A stretch of DNA of 58,689 bases, filler included, from Circinaria calcarea (taxonomy: Eukaryota), in NCBI GenBank assembly GCA_051942165.1. It is 2 parts of 2 records of this genome, joined end to end, with 100 filler letters (N's around TTAATTAATTAA, not from the genome) between each part and the next. Parts side by side here need not be neighbours in the genome. Positions count along the whole stretch, not along the records: positions 1 to 29,300 come from JAVECS010000046.1; positions 29,401 to 58,689 come from JAVECS010000047.1. One strand, 5' to 3'. Of this stretch, positions 25,215-37,348 are shown one piece after another (positions within the stretch are counted from its first letter, which is position 1; each line of letters opens with the position of its first letter). Both the position numbers and the translations under genes were made by a program. The notes under the pieces are model-generated. The model worked only from the letters and a program-made list of their open reading frames with translations. It did not search any database and was not told where the DNA came from.

Positions 25215-26625
25215 ATGTCGGCTTCCATCAGTATCACACTTGTATCATGACCACTTTAAGCGTAAGCCGTACGCGGCCGCGTACCGACACGTCCACACTG
25301 CTTGGGAAACTAGCAGAAAGCCTACCTTTGGAAGAGACATCCTCAAATGCGCCAATCGTGCCCCTTGGGACAGTTTAGACTGATGGATCGACTCCGTCTT
25401 GGCCTGTTTTCTGCGGTACGGCGTTTGCGTACAAATATTTCACCCCGTGCGGAAATCTTTCTCGCCGAATATAAGGACGGCATTAAAGAAGCATTAACCA
25501 CGATAGGAACAGTCGAGAAAGATCGACTAGTACACAGGATCAAGATACTTGAAGAACTCATCCGAGAAATGGATTTTCTCAAAGTCACTGAAAGCAAGGA
25601 ATCGGAAGCACTACAGACAGCACTCTTAGACCTAAAAGAGCTTCAGTACATGGCAAGTTACGGGGACTATTTGAAGTGGCGCTTGGGATATCTACGCCCG
25701 CGTTCTCGACAGAGAAAGACTGTAGGCTATCAAACAATTGGCGGGGAATTCAGATGGAGCGAGATTAACGACAGCCTAAAAGAGGAACGGTTAAGTCTCG
25801 AAGACTGTGGGGCCAAAACTAAACCCTTGCAATCTGTCACCATGGCGGTCTTGACGGCCTGCCACGCTCTGAAAATTTAATTCATCTGAGGTTTTCTTGG
25901 CTATTGACCTTTATGCATCGCGAAATGAGGCTGTACATGCTGGTGTCGAAGAAATGATCAAGAAATGCCAATGGGGCAGACTTGGTCCGGTGTTGTACAG
26001 AGACCTGCAGGAGCTGCCACTTACTATACCACCGTCCATGCCAGAGACTTTGACGATGATGACTAGTAACATTGAAACGCTTCGAGAGTGGTACTTTGAT
26101 CTTTCCAGAAGTGCCGACCCGGATGACCCATCCGCCTGGCATGCATCCAAGAACGCAGAGGCCCAGACCCACATAGCGCTAAAAGAGCAGAAACTAAATA
26201 AGAAGAACATCGAGGCCAATAAGAAGGCAGAAGAAAACAGCCTTCGAAATTCCGAGCAGAAAGGTAACAAAGCTGTCAAGAAGGAAGAGAACGATGCAGG
26301 GCTGATAGAACGAGCCAATATGCATGAACCGGTCACGAGAGAAATCTCCAACTCTCATCCCGACGAAGCTGCCAGCTTACGAGATCAGAGAGCCATCACC
26401 ATCTCTAGAAAATGTGCCGCTAGTGCCGAACTGCCATATGGTTCTAATTCCAACCAGCTAAAATCAGTGAGCATGCAAATTGTGGGACTCCAAGAGAAGT
26501 ATGAGATGAAGCTTCAAGAGCACTTTGCTCTGTCGGAAGCTGAAGATGAAACACGTTGCTCGGAGCAGGAAGGAGAGGGCCTGGTCAAGGGAGAGGTATT
26601 GAGGGGACAGGGGAAGAGCTTGTAG
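25215..26625 (+). pseudogene. Frameshifted orphan gene (helical, coiled-coil C-terminus)
   Basis: Protein-like sequence continues across three frames with switches near 25380 and 25876-25880. No GT-AG intron explains the switches. Confidence 0.6.
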
Positions 26626-29300
26626 CAAAATTTGGAGGATAGAGGGTGGTACTGGAAAGGAGAACCTGGTTTGAGCGCGAGTCTTTGATGTAACTACGTA
26701 TAGTATTGTCGTGTGCACAACTTTGGGGCTTGAAGGGATAGTCCCAGCAAATTACCGCCGGGCAAGTTGCGGCGCCTAAGCCTTATAGCTTAAATGATTC
26801 ACAAAGTTGCTACCCCTCCTATATGGACTGACGAGCGTGATTTAATTCCGGTCAACCCATGAACTTTAAAAAGTAAGTCTAGAACAGCTAATTATATCAT
26901 ACTAAGTGCATATTCATTGGTTTGTGCCTGATCCTCTCCATTGTCAACTGATTTCCTATATATGACTTGCTTTACACAAGCTTTCTCTTCGCCTTCAACC
27001 TATGTTATTTCCGTCGGGTGCGTCTGCGCATTCTCGAACCCCATTCACAATAGCTATATGCTTCTATTTTATAGATATCAATCTTCTTCTAGAGCTGCCC
27101 TATATAACGGGTGACGGAAAGATGAGCTTATACGATTATAAATTTGATTGCAGGAGTGTTGAGGACTTCGATTACGTCTAGGGCCCATGCGAGACGCTAC
27201 TCTGCGCAGAAATGATAGAGCATTGCTACGGGTATGAAACAAATATGACTTACAGGCGGACTTGTTAGAATCGGGTTACGAGACTACCAGAGCTTCGAAA
27301 CCGAGCAAAAAAGAGGGAGTGTGACTGTCGATGCAGCATTAGCAATCTCGATAATAAAATAACGAGGGGAGACCTGGACTTTGCGGTTCCTGTAACTCCA
27401 AATCCAAATTTGGATGGCTTAACAAACTGACTCTCAATACTACTTTGCGGAAGTTGTCAGTCCAGTACAAATATACGGATAAGAACAGTTTTCCGAGGGA
27501 GACTTGGGGGTACTACCGTTGATGGGCGCATTTCAACTTCGAACACTCACTTCTATAGCATATATATATGCTGAGTCTTACTACAAACCATATGGGTATC
27601 CGGAAACCGAAGCGCCCACTAGCGCCAAAAGAAGAACGTCAAATACCCCCGAATAAACAAGCTTCTATAACAGAGATGAGCTCGAACAATTTCATAACAA
27701 CGCTATGATTTCCTTTAAGCCATCCTCTATCTACGTTGATGAACTTTATAAACAGCATGTCCAGGGTGAAAACCTCCCCCGTATGCCTCCATGATATATC
27801 AACCCTTCACCTTCAACACAAACTCTAGAACTCATTCTAAGCACTAGAGTTATAATAACTCAACCAATCTATTTGGCAGCGAAGAAGAGGAGTTCCAAAG
27901 CTGCATGCCCAGAAATAATGGACGGCTCTCAGCTGGAACATATGGACCAAGGTATTATTTAAAAAGCATATATTAATAAAATGACCATACGCTGATAGTC
28001 AGGGGAACAGATTATAATTTCTGACAATTATTATAATACGATATACTCTAGCCATCCTACAGACAATGCTACTATCTAAAGTTATATCCGAATTGCCATG
28101 AGTACTTTCATCCAGCAACCATGCCGAACGAATACCACGTACACACCCATTTTCATAACAGTACCTTGAATAGATTGTTGCCGCTGGTGTTAGAAATACG
28201 AGCCAAGATCCAGCTGACAGTGCAGGCAGGATTCGGTTGAGCTTTATTACAACAAAAAGTGATCTTACTGCGAAGATAAACAGTCAAGACTTTACTGAGT
28301 AAGGAACATAACGTGCATAGAAAGACAGAAGCCAGAAAGCGAACAGCGATCCAAATTCCGACCACCTTCGCAATTCTTTCTATTTCGGGTATGAAGAAAA
28401 GAACGATACATAACCTACTTAATCTAGCCCAAGATCATTGGCTCCATTGTAAGGAGAGATGTCGGTTCGAGATTGCACTCTGGAGAGAGAGCCCCGACGT
28501 CCATTCGTGATACCGCGGCCACAGCCGCATCCCAGCCAGGCCTATCACTTCCAGAAAACGCTCAGCTCAGCCCATTAGACCTAAATAAACTTTGGTGAAT
28601 ACGGATGTTTCAAAGAAGGCATGCTGATGACATTTGAAAAACCGAGGCTACTAGGGGGTTAGCCGAGAAAAATAAAATCTTGGGTAATTAAATACGGGCG
28701 TTAAACAGAAGCAGGACATCATGGCATTTGATCGAAGAAGGACTTCTCAAGTGGGGGCGATTCAACGTATATCTCTTTGTTTGTTAAGCTTCCCAACCAT
28801 ATATGGTGATAATCCTTGATCAAGAAATCTTTTTTTGGGGGGGGGGAACGATTGTCATCATAATCAAGAACGTTCGTGGCTTCCTAACAAATGATGCGGC
28901 TAGAAGATACTCCGGGAGTATCAGCGATAGACCGGCGATTCACGATGAAGGAGGATAGCTATGAGCCTATCGATGCGGTGATTTACAAGAAGTATACTTG
29001 CTGGTATACTAGTTACAGGTGGCACGTGCATACCTACCTACACTTTATGCGTTGATAGTCTCGATTTAGAAAGAAAAGTGCCGCTTATTCTCCGACTGTG
29101 AATATATATATAGAAGAACATGGAAAATGGGATGAATATTGAATGGAAAAAGGGGCCCTATCATCCCGAGATTCAAGGACCTCCAAAGCTCTTTCTCCAT
29201 TCCAATATTAATCCTGAACTTTTTAGTCCTCTTACTTTTGCATTCTCTCCCATCTTCATTTACTCCGGCATCTTTAGCGAACATCCTACGCACCTGTCTC

Positions 29301-29400
29301 NNNNNNNNNNNNNNNNNNNNNNNNNNNNNNNNNNNNNNNNNNNNTTAATTAATTAANNNNNNNNNNNNNNNNNNNNNNNNNNNNNNNNNNNNNNNNNNNN
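29301..29400. other. Assembly gap with artificial linker: N44-TTAATTAATTAA-N44
   Basis: Exactly 100 nt and symmetric, with the six-frame stop linker at 29345-29356. Confidence 0.97.
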
Positions 29401-31382
29401 TGGACCTTGGTCAAATCCTGAGGCTGCCCGGGTAATGATACAGGATATAGGTCTGGATCATCGTGTTCAAGGCCCTTGAGATAGAGAACACTGACTGGTC
29501 TGGTTGAAGTGAACATGTCCTGGACGGTAGCCAGCTTTACATGCAGATCTTCTTCCAGAGCAGGTCGACCTGCGGAGTTTTGTGAGGAGGTTGACCACGT
29601 TCTTTTATGCTTTTGCACCTTTGCTGGCCGTTCACCGCTGGACTTGTCAACTATTGAACCGGGTCGCTTCCGTTTGCCAAACTCCCTTACGCCTGATTCT
29701 ACTTGAGCGATCTGCTGCTTCAGTTTGTCAATTGTTTTCTTGACATGCGCAACGTCGTTGGACAGCTTCCGTTCTGCACCATGATCCCGGAAAAGCTTGA
29801 CTTTGCAAAAACAAACCTCTGGAGCCACGACGGGTGGTGACTCAGGGGTCCCCATTGAGAGAATCTCGGTCTTTGCACAAAGGCGCACTGGGATTCCCTT
29901 GACTCCTTTCGAATGGCTGAAATCAGTGGAGAGGAAGTTGAAACGTACAGCGACTGAACAGTCTGCCGTTGCCATTCCCGAAGTTGGCGTCCAAATCACC
30001 GAAAAGCTATCGAAGGATGCGCTATCTAGCTCAATACGTGGTCGCCGACTGTCATCTTCTCCACCTTGTTGGTTTGGATCGACATACTCCACAGCTTGGA
30101 GTCTACCGCCTCTCTGATGGGCCTCCGCAAGGCCCCGGCCTTCCTTCCAAAGCTGCCAACAGGCCGCAGGCCGCTGTCTCTGCTGTTCGTCTTCGAATGA
30201 GATGCGGATAAAGGTGCGATACTTGATAGGACCAAAAGCTGGGGCGAAAGGCATGCTGTCAACAATCGACATGGTGTAAGCTTGACCCTTGTTAAGATAT
30301 GTCACGGGTATCTCATCCGAATGCCGGACCATGGCTGTGGGTGCGTTTAGGGTAACATGGAAGCGGAATCTGCGGTTCCACGTCAGGCTTGGATGAATAG
30401 CTTGATCGATTAATAATATAGAACTCACTTCTCCGTAGATGGGAGTGGCGGTGCTGCCATAATTCCCCTCGTGTCTCGAGCTTGAAACGGCGCGGCTGCT
30501 GCATCTCCTGGCCTATCTGTCTCCGTACCCATTTCATTTCCCGGAGAACCATCCATAGCCTCGTAGCCCGAGTCTTGGTGGACAAATGAGCTTGGCGCGT
30601 ACGATTGCTGCTGAGGATAGGGATCCGGTTGTTGAAACGAGTTCGGTTGAAACATGTGTGAATGAAAGCCATGCATGTCGACAATGGAAGACTCTACGTG
30701 TAATCGGCCTTCCGATAGAGATGGCGACAATGGCGTCCCTAGGTGAAGGCCCATATTCGGAGTATGCAAGTCGCCGGCCTGGCTGTGATAGAGTGTGTTC
30801 ATCCCACCCGGTGTAGGCGTGTAATATCCCGGCGCCTGATTCGAAAAGGAAGTAAACGTAAATGAATTGGCATCGAGGAGCGAAGGCGTGAATCGCCACG
30901 CATCCTGTAGTCCTCGAGGCGTCGCATCCGGATCTTTGCCATCGTCTCCATCGTCAAATTGTCTATATCCGCCGAGCACTCTGAATTAGTTATGCTCGAG
31001 TCAACAACCGCGCATACTCTGCGAATGTGCTTGGATTTGTTCCATGGCTTGCGCAAACCTCTTGCGCTTGTAACAACGAGGGTATCAGTTTGCCGGTAGG
31101 GGCCTCACCTTTGGTCCATTGTAACGTCCGTTATAGCATTGCTCAGAATAGAAGAGCTTTGTGATGTCTTTGCGGGCAAGGTCGCCGTGCCTGGTCCCAC
31201 CCCGGGGAACTTTTCCTTGAACGAGGCGTATAGCTCGTCGCTGGGTTTTTGGGAATTGGTGCTATTCACATGGCAATTAGAAGACGCGTTGACTATATCC
31301 AAGTAGATTCCCTTCGACAACAACCAACCAACGTCTACTCCATCTTTGAGGTACATGGGGCAAGTTACCGGTTGCGAAACAT
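29401..31382 (-). CDS. Grainyhead/CP2 family transcription factor, 3'-truncated by the gap; exons 31382-31369, 31261-31109, 30962-30429, 30369-29401+
   Basis: MFRNR|TNSQKP start. CP2 domain: FRFHVTLNAPTAM, IPVTYLNKGQAY, VRFNFLSTDFSHSKGVKGIPVRLCAKTE, CKVKLFRDHGAERKLSND. The frame is open into the Ns. Confidence 0.95.
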
Positions 31383-34300
31383 TGATTATACTCACGAAGC
31401 CACTGTAGGATAATTTCTCAACGGCATATGTGTGGCTTTCTTGGGTATGTCGTCCAAGTGTGGCAGAACTGGAGATGAGGGTGAAACGGCTTAGCAGATG
31501 GGACGGTCATGTGGAAGGGGGCGGTCGATTCCTTATAGGAAAAGGGCTTATAGAGGCTTTCGGCAAAAGAAGCGCGGTGACGGAAAGAGACCAATAAAGC
31601 GAGGGAGAGAGAGCAGCTCGAAGCCAGAGCGAAATAGCGCCATCTGCCGGGGAGGAGGATAGTAGTACAGACGAAAGTCCACGCATGCCCTTGGGCTTGG
31701 CTACACGAGGAAGGTTAAGCAGAGGGCTAAATCGCGCGTGCCCAAGGGAAGGGATGCGAGTGAGGGAAGGTTGGCACACGCTCACTCACGGCTCAACTGG
31801 CCCTAGCCCGAACAACATTGGGACTGATGTGCATCAGACACGGATTCTGGAAGTCTGGGATTCTAGGCGCCACAGATGATGCCTTCCCCGGGCTAAGGCA
31901 AGGCCTGGCAACCGCATGGGTGAGGTAGCGCGAGAAAGACGTTGGTTTGATACGCTCGGTAGCACGGAGGCCGCTCTGCTTCTGGTTGGAGATGATAGAT
32001 AGGTGCTGCCGGAGGGTGTGCTTGGAACAGCAATAATTTTAAATCCTTTATTTTGCCCCCCGTCGACCAGCGACCAGCGACCAGCGATGGGCGGAGATAC
32101 ACCCGACCGGGGAGGTGCGCTGTTCATTTCGTTTGCTTAGCCGTGGCTTGAGAGCCCGACTTATCACACCCCCTAGTTCCCTTTGGAGATGAGGCGCACA
32201 CCTACAATTTCGGAAAGATATGGTTTGGACTAAGGCCGCTGACGATCCGATCCCAATTCCCAAAGGCCTCTCTCTACCGTACCCAAACCGCCGGGGTCGC
32301 AGCGTCGAAACGGGCAATGAGCAGCGTCGACAAGTCCACGTACACCCACGCTGGAATTTCGGGCTCCTCTCCCCGATGTCACTCGAGTTGCATGTGGCTC
32401 GAAATAACTGATCGGCGCCGCTTATGCGCTCAGCCACGACTTTAATTCGAGGCCAAAACCGAATAGATCCACGCTGCTGGGAAGCGGCTTCATGCACATC
32501 GGACGTGCAGGGAGCTGCTCTTCCTTTCCTCCTCTCCTTCGACGACTCCCTTCCCTCTGCCCCTCACTCCACTTTTACGTCGATTGAATCGCGCCCGAGG
32601 AGAGTAACATCATCATTCTGCCGCATCCCAATTCCCAAAAGTTCACGCGCAATCTGCAAATGTCATGACCCCAAAGGACGGGGGTACATCCTGGCTTTCC
32701 TTTGAGAAATACCGACGGCCGCTGGGTCACAGCTATTTTTGCGCCTTACGGAGACCGGACGCCACTGGGGGTACTTTGGGTCTCCTGCCTAATCTCTTCA
32801 TTCCATTTGGTATCTACCATTCTGTTGCACTCGTACCCAGCACCCACCATCACCTGTTGCTATTTGTCTGTAGAATTGTCAACGGTGGGCGTCTGTGCCA
32901 CCGTAATTTGAGCTGCCGCTATCATTTCAACCAACCGAGATTGGATGACTCGAACTTCTACCATTGGCGCTGCCATGGACCTTCGTAACGCTTTGTAAGA
33001 GCATTGTAGATGCGGTATCTAGTACAGTGGACGAATATGCATCTTAGATTTGGTGTGGGGCCTTATTTGGTACTTGGTACTTTGTACTTTGGACCGTCGA
33101 CCAATAAGCGTGCCGTTGTCACATTTCGACTCCGAACTTTGTCATCCCCCCGCGGGTCGTCTCCCTTCGTTTGACACTCCCAATTTTCGTCGGCAAAGGC
33201 ATGACGATCGACACCTACTCCGTACTCGATAGGAAGAGGTGGGTATCGTTGGTGGGATGACAGTCCCATGACACCATTTTCGTGCAAGTGCAAGGTCGCA
33301 TCATTCTGACGCTGGGGAGCCGAGGTGTGGCGGTGCGTCGCAATCAAGCCACACCATACTGACGCCGATCCGCTAGATAGCCTCGGTCAATACTGTGGCT
33401 GTGCATCGAAAGCAAAAGTGTTGGATCGTCGGAATGGGGTTACGAACATCTACACGCGCTTCGGAAGAGAAAGGTCTAGACTGACCGCGAGGGCTCCGGC
33501 GTCACCAAGGACTCGGACAGTACCCGACTTCCATCATTTGCCCGCTCTCACACTACCAAGGACCTACTCTTGCTAGAACAATCCCATTGGGAAGGGTTAA
33601 ACGGGTGTAGCGGTGCAATCAAATAGCCTTTTTAGAGTCCTCAGCTAGCGGTACTAACATCGATATCGGTTTTGGGAATGAGGGCCGCCCCACTCACAGA
33701 CTCCATCAGCTCCAACCAAAAAAAAAACAGCTGCCCGGTAATACTTGGACGTCCTCGTTCACTTGGACAATGCAAACCAAAGACAGCGACTCGACGCGTT
33801 CTGACTGCCAATTCTATAATCTCGTAACATACAGACAACGATAGCAGGTGCGGCTGCGAATTAGCCCACGGCCCGCAGAGACTAGTAACAAGAGCTAAAT
33901 GACAAGCATCAAACATTCCAACTGCCTCATTCGATACAACGATTGTACGGTTCACGCCACAGCTACTTGGGTAACTCGAATACGCGGAAAGGAAGCGTGG
34001 ATTGGTCATTCACCCAGAACAGGAGCATGTCCATCAATCGCTGACCCACTCTAGACAAAAGAGATATAGGAGATGTTGTACATGACCGCCATACACAACA
34101 GTCAAAGCACGAGCAGACACGGATATCTTATGAAAACTAGCAAAGAAACGGACAAGCCGCTCCCTCAGTTTCAGTCTCTTCACAGAAGACATGACCAATT
34201 CGCGCTGTTTCAATGCGCAGACATCGACAATTGAGAGACGTTGATGCTTGGGCACCTAGAGACGTATCGTCATACGGGTTTCCTACCGAACAAAGAACCT

Positions 34301-34744
34301 TAAGGGCGCAAAAGAGCGGGAGGAGAACAGGACAAATAGGACGCCTTAGATCGAATTCGTCGAATTATGGATAGCAAGAAACAGCTATGCATCAAGCAAC
34401 CAAGATTATTGATAGTATGTATATTAAATATATTCTCCCATTCTTATCGGCCCTGTATGTATCATTGATCCCCTTCATCACCCAGACTTTCTGTCTCACG
34501 CCGGCCATGCTGTGATTATACCCGCTTCAGTAGTCGATGAAGCTTAGAGGCTTAAATGCAATGTGTGTTTGTGAATGTTATGTGGTTGTCGGACAACCAC
34601 TCCGGATGCCAAGATGGAACAATTCGAGTGACGGTGAAGACCTCCTAATGCCGGCCAGAAGGTATAGAATTAATTTGGCCAGTCTATGAGGATGAAGGGG
34701 TGTATGCGAGACCTAGATAGCAAGTTTGACGTATGTATAAAGGC

Positions 34745-37348
34745 CTATCGGGTGATGATCAACGAGAACCCGTCCAGCCATATTCCACATGAACCGGAAA
34801 TGCCCGCAATCCTATAGCCACGTGGCGGGATCAAAGTATGCCTATCTTTAGATGAGCATGCCATGTTTTAATAATGGTCAGAGACACTGCAGCTTACCCA
34901 GATCCCCCGACGGTGTTACCATAAACACCGGAACGCCTCCCAAGACTGGTCAAGATTTCAATACCGTCTATCCAAAGACCTGCTCGGATAAAGAAACCTA
35001 ACAAAATCTCTCCTCTTCGGGTATCTGTCGACATGTTAGCAATGAATCGTCGTGAGTTGCTTTGTTCACAGACCAAACAAGAATTCGCTCCCTCCTGGGT
35101 GGCCCCCCCCTGGTTTGCCAAATAACTGGCTACTGCAGTCTTCATAAAGAAACTCCAGGCCATCTACGGCCAGCCCATGATAAACTTTTATTGACATAAG
35201 TACCTTTGTCTGGTCCAATGCGCTCTGTAGGATTATTTCTTTAGGCTGACTCCCTTCCATTTGCGACACGCCATGCATGCTCCCCCGGAAGCCCATTTGA
35301 CCACGTGGCATTTTAACGAGTGCTTTTTTCGAGGTTAATTGGCTGATGTCACTAACAACATGTTTCCCTTGCCCTACTGAATGTATCTCGATCCTCAGCT
35401 TTTTGTTTTTGCGGTCCTCTGGTAGCCGGCTTCGCAGATCACTTTCGGTGAGTAGGATCTGTCGAGGGGGATTGCCCGAACTAGAGTTATCTCCATTGAT
35501 AAACTCGATCCAAGTGTGGCAAGTTTGCTCATCCTCTGCGTATAATTCGATAAAAGCAACTCCTGTCACTGCTGTGACCATGATCCTGCCGTTATCAATA
35601 GCCCAGACCTGCACGCCATCTTCAGTGTTCAATGCCGCATCACTCGTCAGTCTGAAGCAGGGATGATAACGGAAGCGAAGAGTGTCCAATCGGTGCCAAA
35701 CACACTCGTCTTTTGGTAAACAAAGTCGCATACCCTGCTCCTTCGTCCGCGTAGAGTAAGGCTCACGACAGAGAAAAGTGCGATTGAGGCGTACGTAATC
35801 TCGTAACATAATACCTGATTCCTGATGGGGGCAGCCAAACAGGTGGCCCGTCTCATGAAGATGAGCACCAATTCCAATGTTTGCAGCCTCCCAATTACTT
35901 CCCGACTCGCTGCAGTCATTGGCCACGAAGTTGGTATCGGTCCTAGTACAGTCCAAGAATGCGGGTACGACCTCCTCGATACTCGTTGGGTAGCTTTGCA
36001 AAGCCTGAGAACCAAATATCCCGAGCTGGATCTCACCTCCTCCGCCACCGAGAGCAGCATGGCCAGTAATCGTTTTGGAACTCGTATCCCAATGTGCATC
36101 GAGTAGAAGCACTGAGACATACTGCTTTTGACCCGGACTAGGCTTGAAATGGGCCTGGACAGCATCTTTCGCAATGGTAAACAGGTCGCCCTTGCGTTCT
36201 GCTTTGTCGTATTGTTGCGCCAAATCCAGGTCTCTCAGCTGCGCAACTGTCTTTTCTGTTCGAACGACGTGTATCTTGGCTTCATTGCGCATTTGCCCCA
36301 CATCCCTATCGTGATAAGTGAGTGATCCAGTCTGCCACTCCTCCTCAAATCGAAAGCACCTCCTTCCAAAACCGTTACGGTACATTTGCTCTCCAGTGAA
36401 AGCTTGCCACAGGTACGCTGCCATACGAAATTTCCGAATCGCCGTCTCCAGATTGTTACCTTCTCGTTGTATCCTTTCAGGCACGGCATCAAACGTGCCC
36501 GGAGAGTCCTTTCCTAAAAGAATGACAAGTTGTAATGGCGGTGAGCTCACTAAAGGGAGGAAATTAACGCTGAACGAAGTGGTATGTGCAGATATGGATG
36601 AACCGTTGGAGGCAAGTTTGGGTGAGGCGAAGTCCAATCGCAGCCGATTCGGTCCCGGCGTCAGATGGACCAGAGCTTTGAAATGAGAATCGAAGACGGG
36701 CCATTGGGTTGATGGGAATGTATCTTGGTGGTGGTAGATGGTCAGAGTGCCATCAAAGGCGCGATGCGCCGGATCTCCGATCTGTCCATAGATCAAGAGA
36801 ACTTTCTGGTGCACCTGAGACCCTGTAAGCAGATGAAGGGAAAAGTCCTATCCACTGCCTAAACCGTACCCATGAGTTTTCAGAAACCGACAACACGCGT
36901 GGAGCATATGGGGAGGGCGGGATCTTTGATGTAAGGGCCCCATTGGCTGGGGGAGTGGCAAGTCCCTGCAAGACAATCATCAGCACCTTTGCAACCCGGA
37001 CCAGGAGTAAGCTAAAGTATGGTAGAAAACCCCGCTTACCGACATGCTATATCTGTTACTTGATGTGGGGGTAGGCGATAGCCGTTGCGGCGATAGGCCA
37101 ACAACACCCGTCACTCCATTGACGCTATTCGTCCCATTCGGCTTTGCGGTGGAGATGTTTGACGAAGACAGCTCCGGCTGTATCGAGGATGCCGGCGTGG
37201 ATGCACCATATACCGAGCTGAGGGTGGAAGAGGATTTCGTTGTCGGGTCGGTTCCATTAGAGCCGTTGGGGGAGTCGGAACCGGTGGATGACTTGTCGGT
37301 CTTGAAGCTTGCTCTCGAACGGCGCCTTAAATTATTGAAAAAGGGCAT
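34745..37348 (-). CDS. Putative zinc metallopeptidase (YIL108W-like) with C-terminal jacalin-like repeats; 5 exons
   Basis: HLHETGHLFGCPHQESGIMLRDY zincin motif, AYLWQAFTGEQM, LLLDAHWD and GHAALGGG. The tail contains VDGLEFLY, IRAGLWIDGIEILTSLGRRSGVYG and GISGSCGIWLDGFSLII. Confidence 0.88.

Noticed and set aside
29345..29356. Palindromic TTAATTAATTAA as a biological site or TTAA transposon target
   Set aside because: It is centred in symmetric N runs, so it is an assembly linker.
31367..31374. Near-consensus Grainyhead site (AACCGGTA) at the CP2 exon 1 junction, suggesting autoregulation
   Set aside because: Explained by N-R codons plus the splice donor; 7/8 match only.
34582..34600. Palindrome GTGGTTGTC-G-GACAACCAC
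   Set aside because: Single occurrence, near chance expectation, and no supporting context.
31430..34740. 3.3-kb ORF-scattered region upstream of the CP2 gene
   Set aside because: No coherent gene model or motif found; consistent with the long regulatory region typical of developmental transcription factors.
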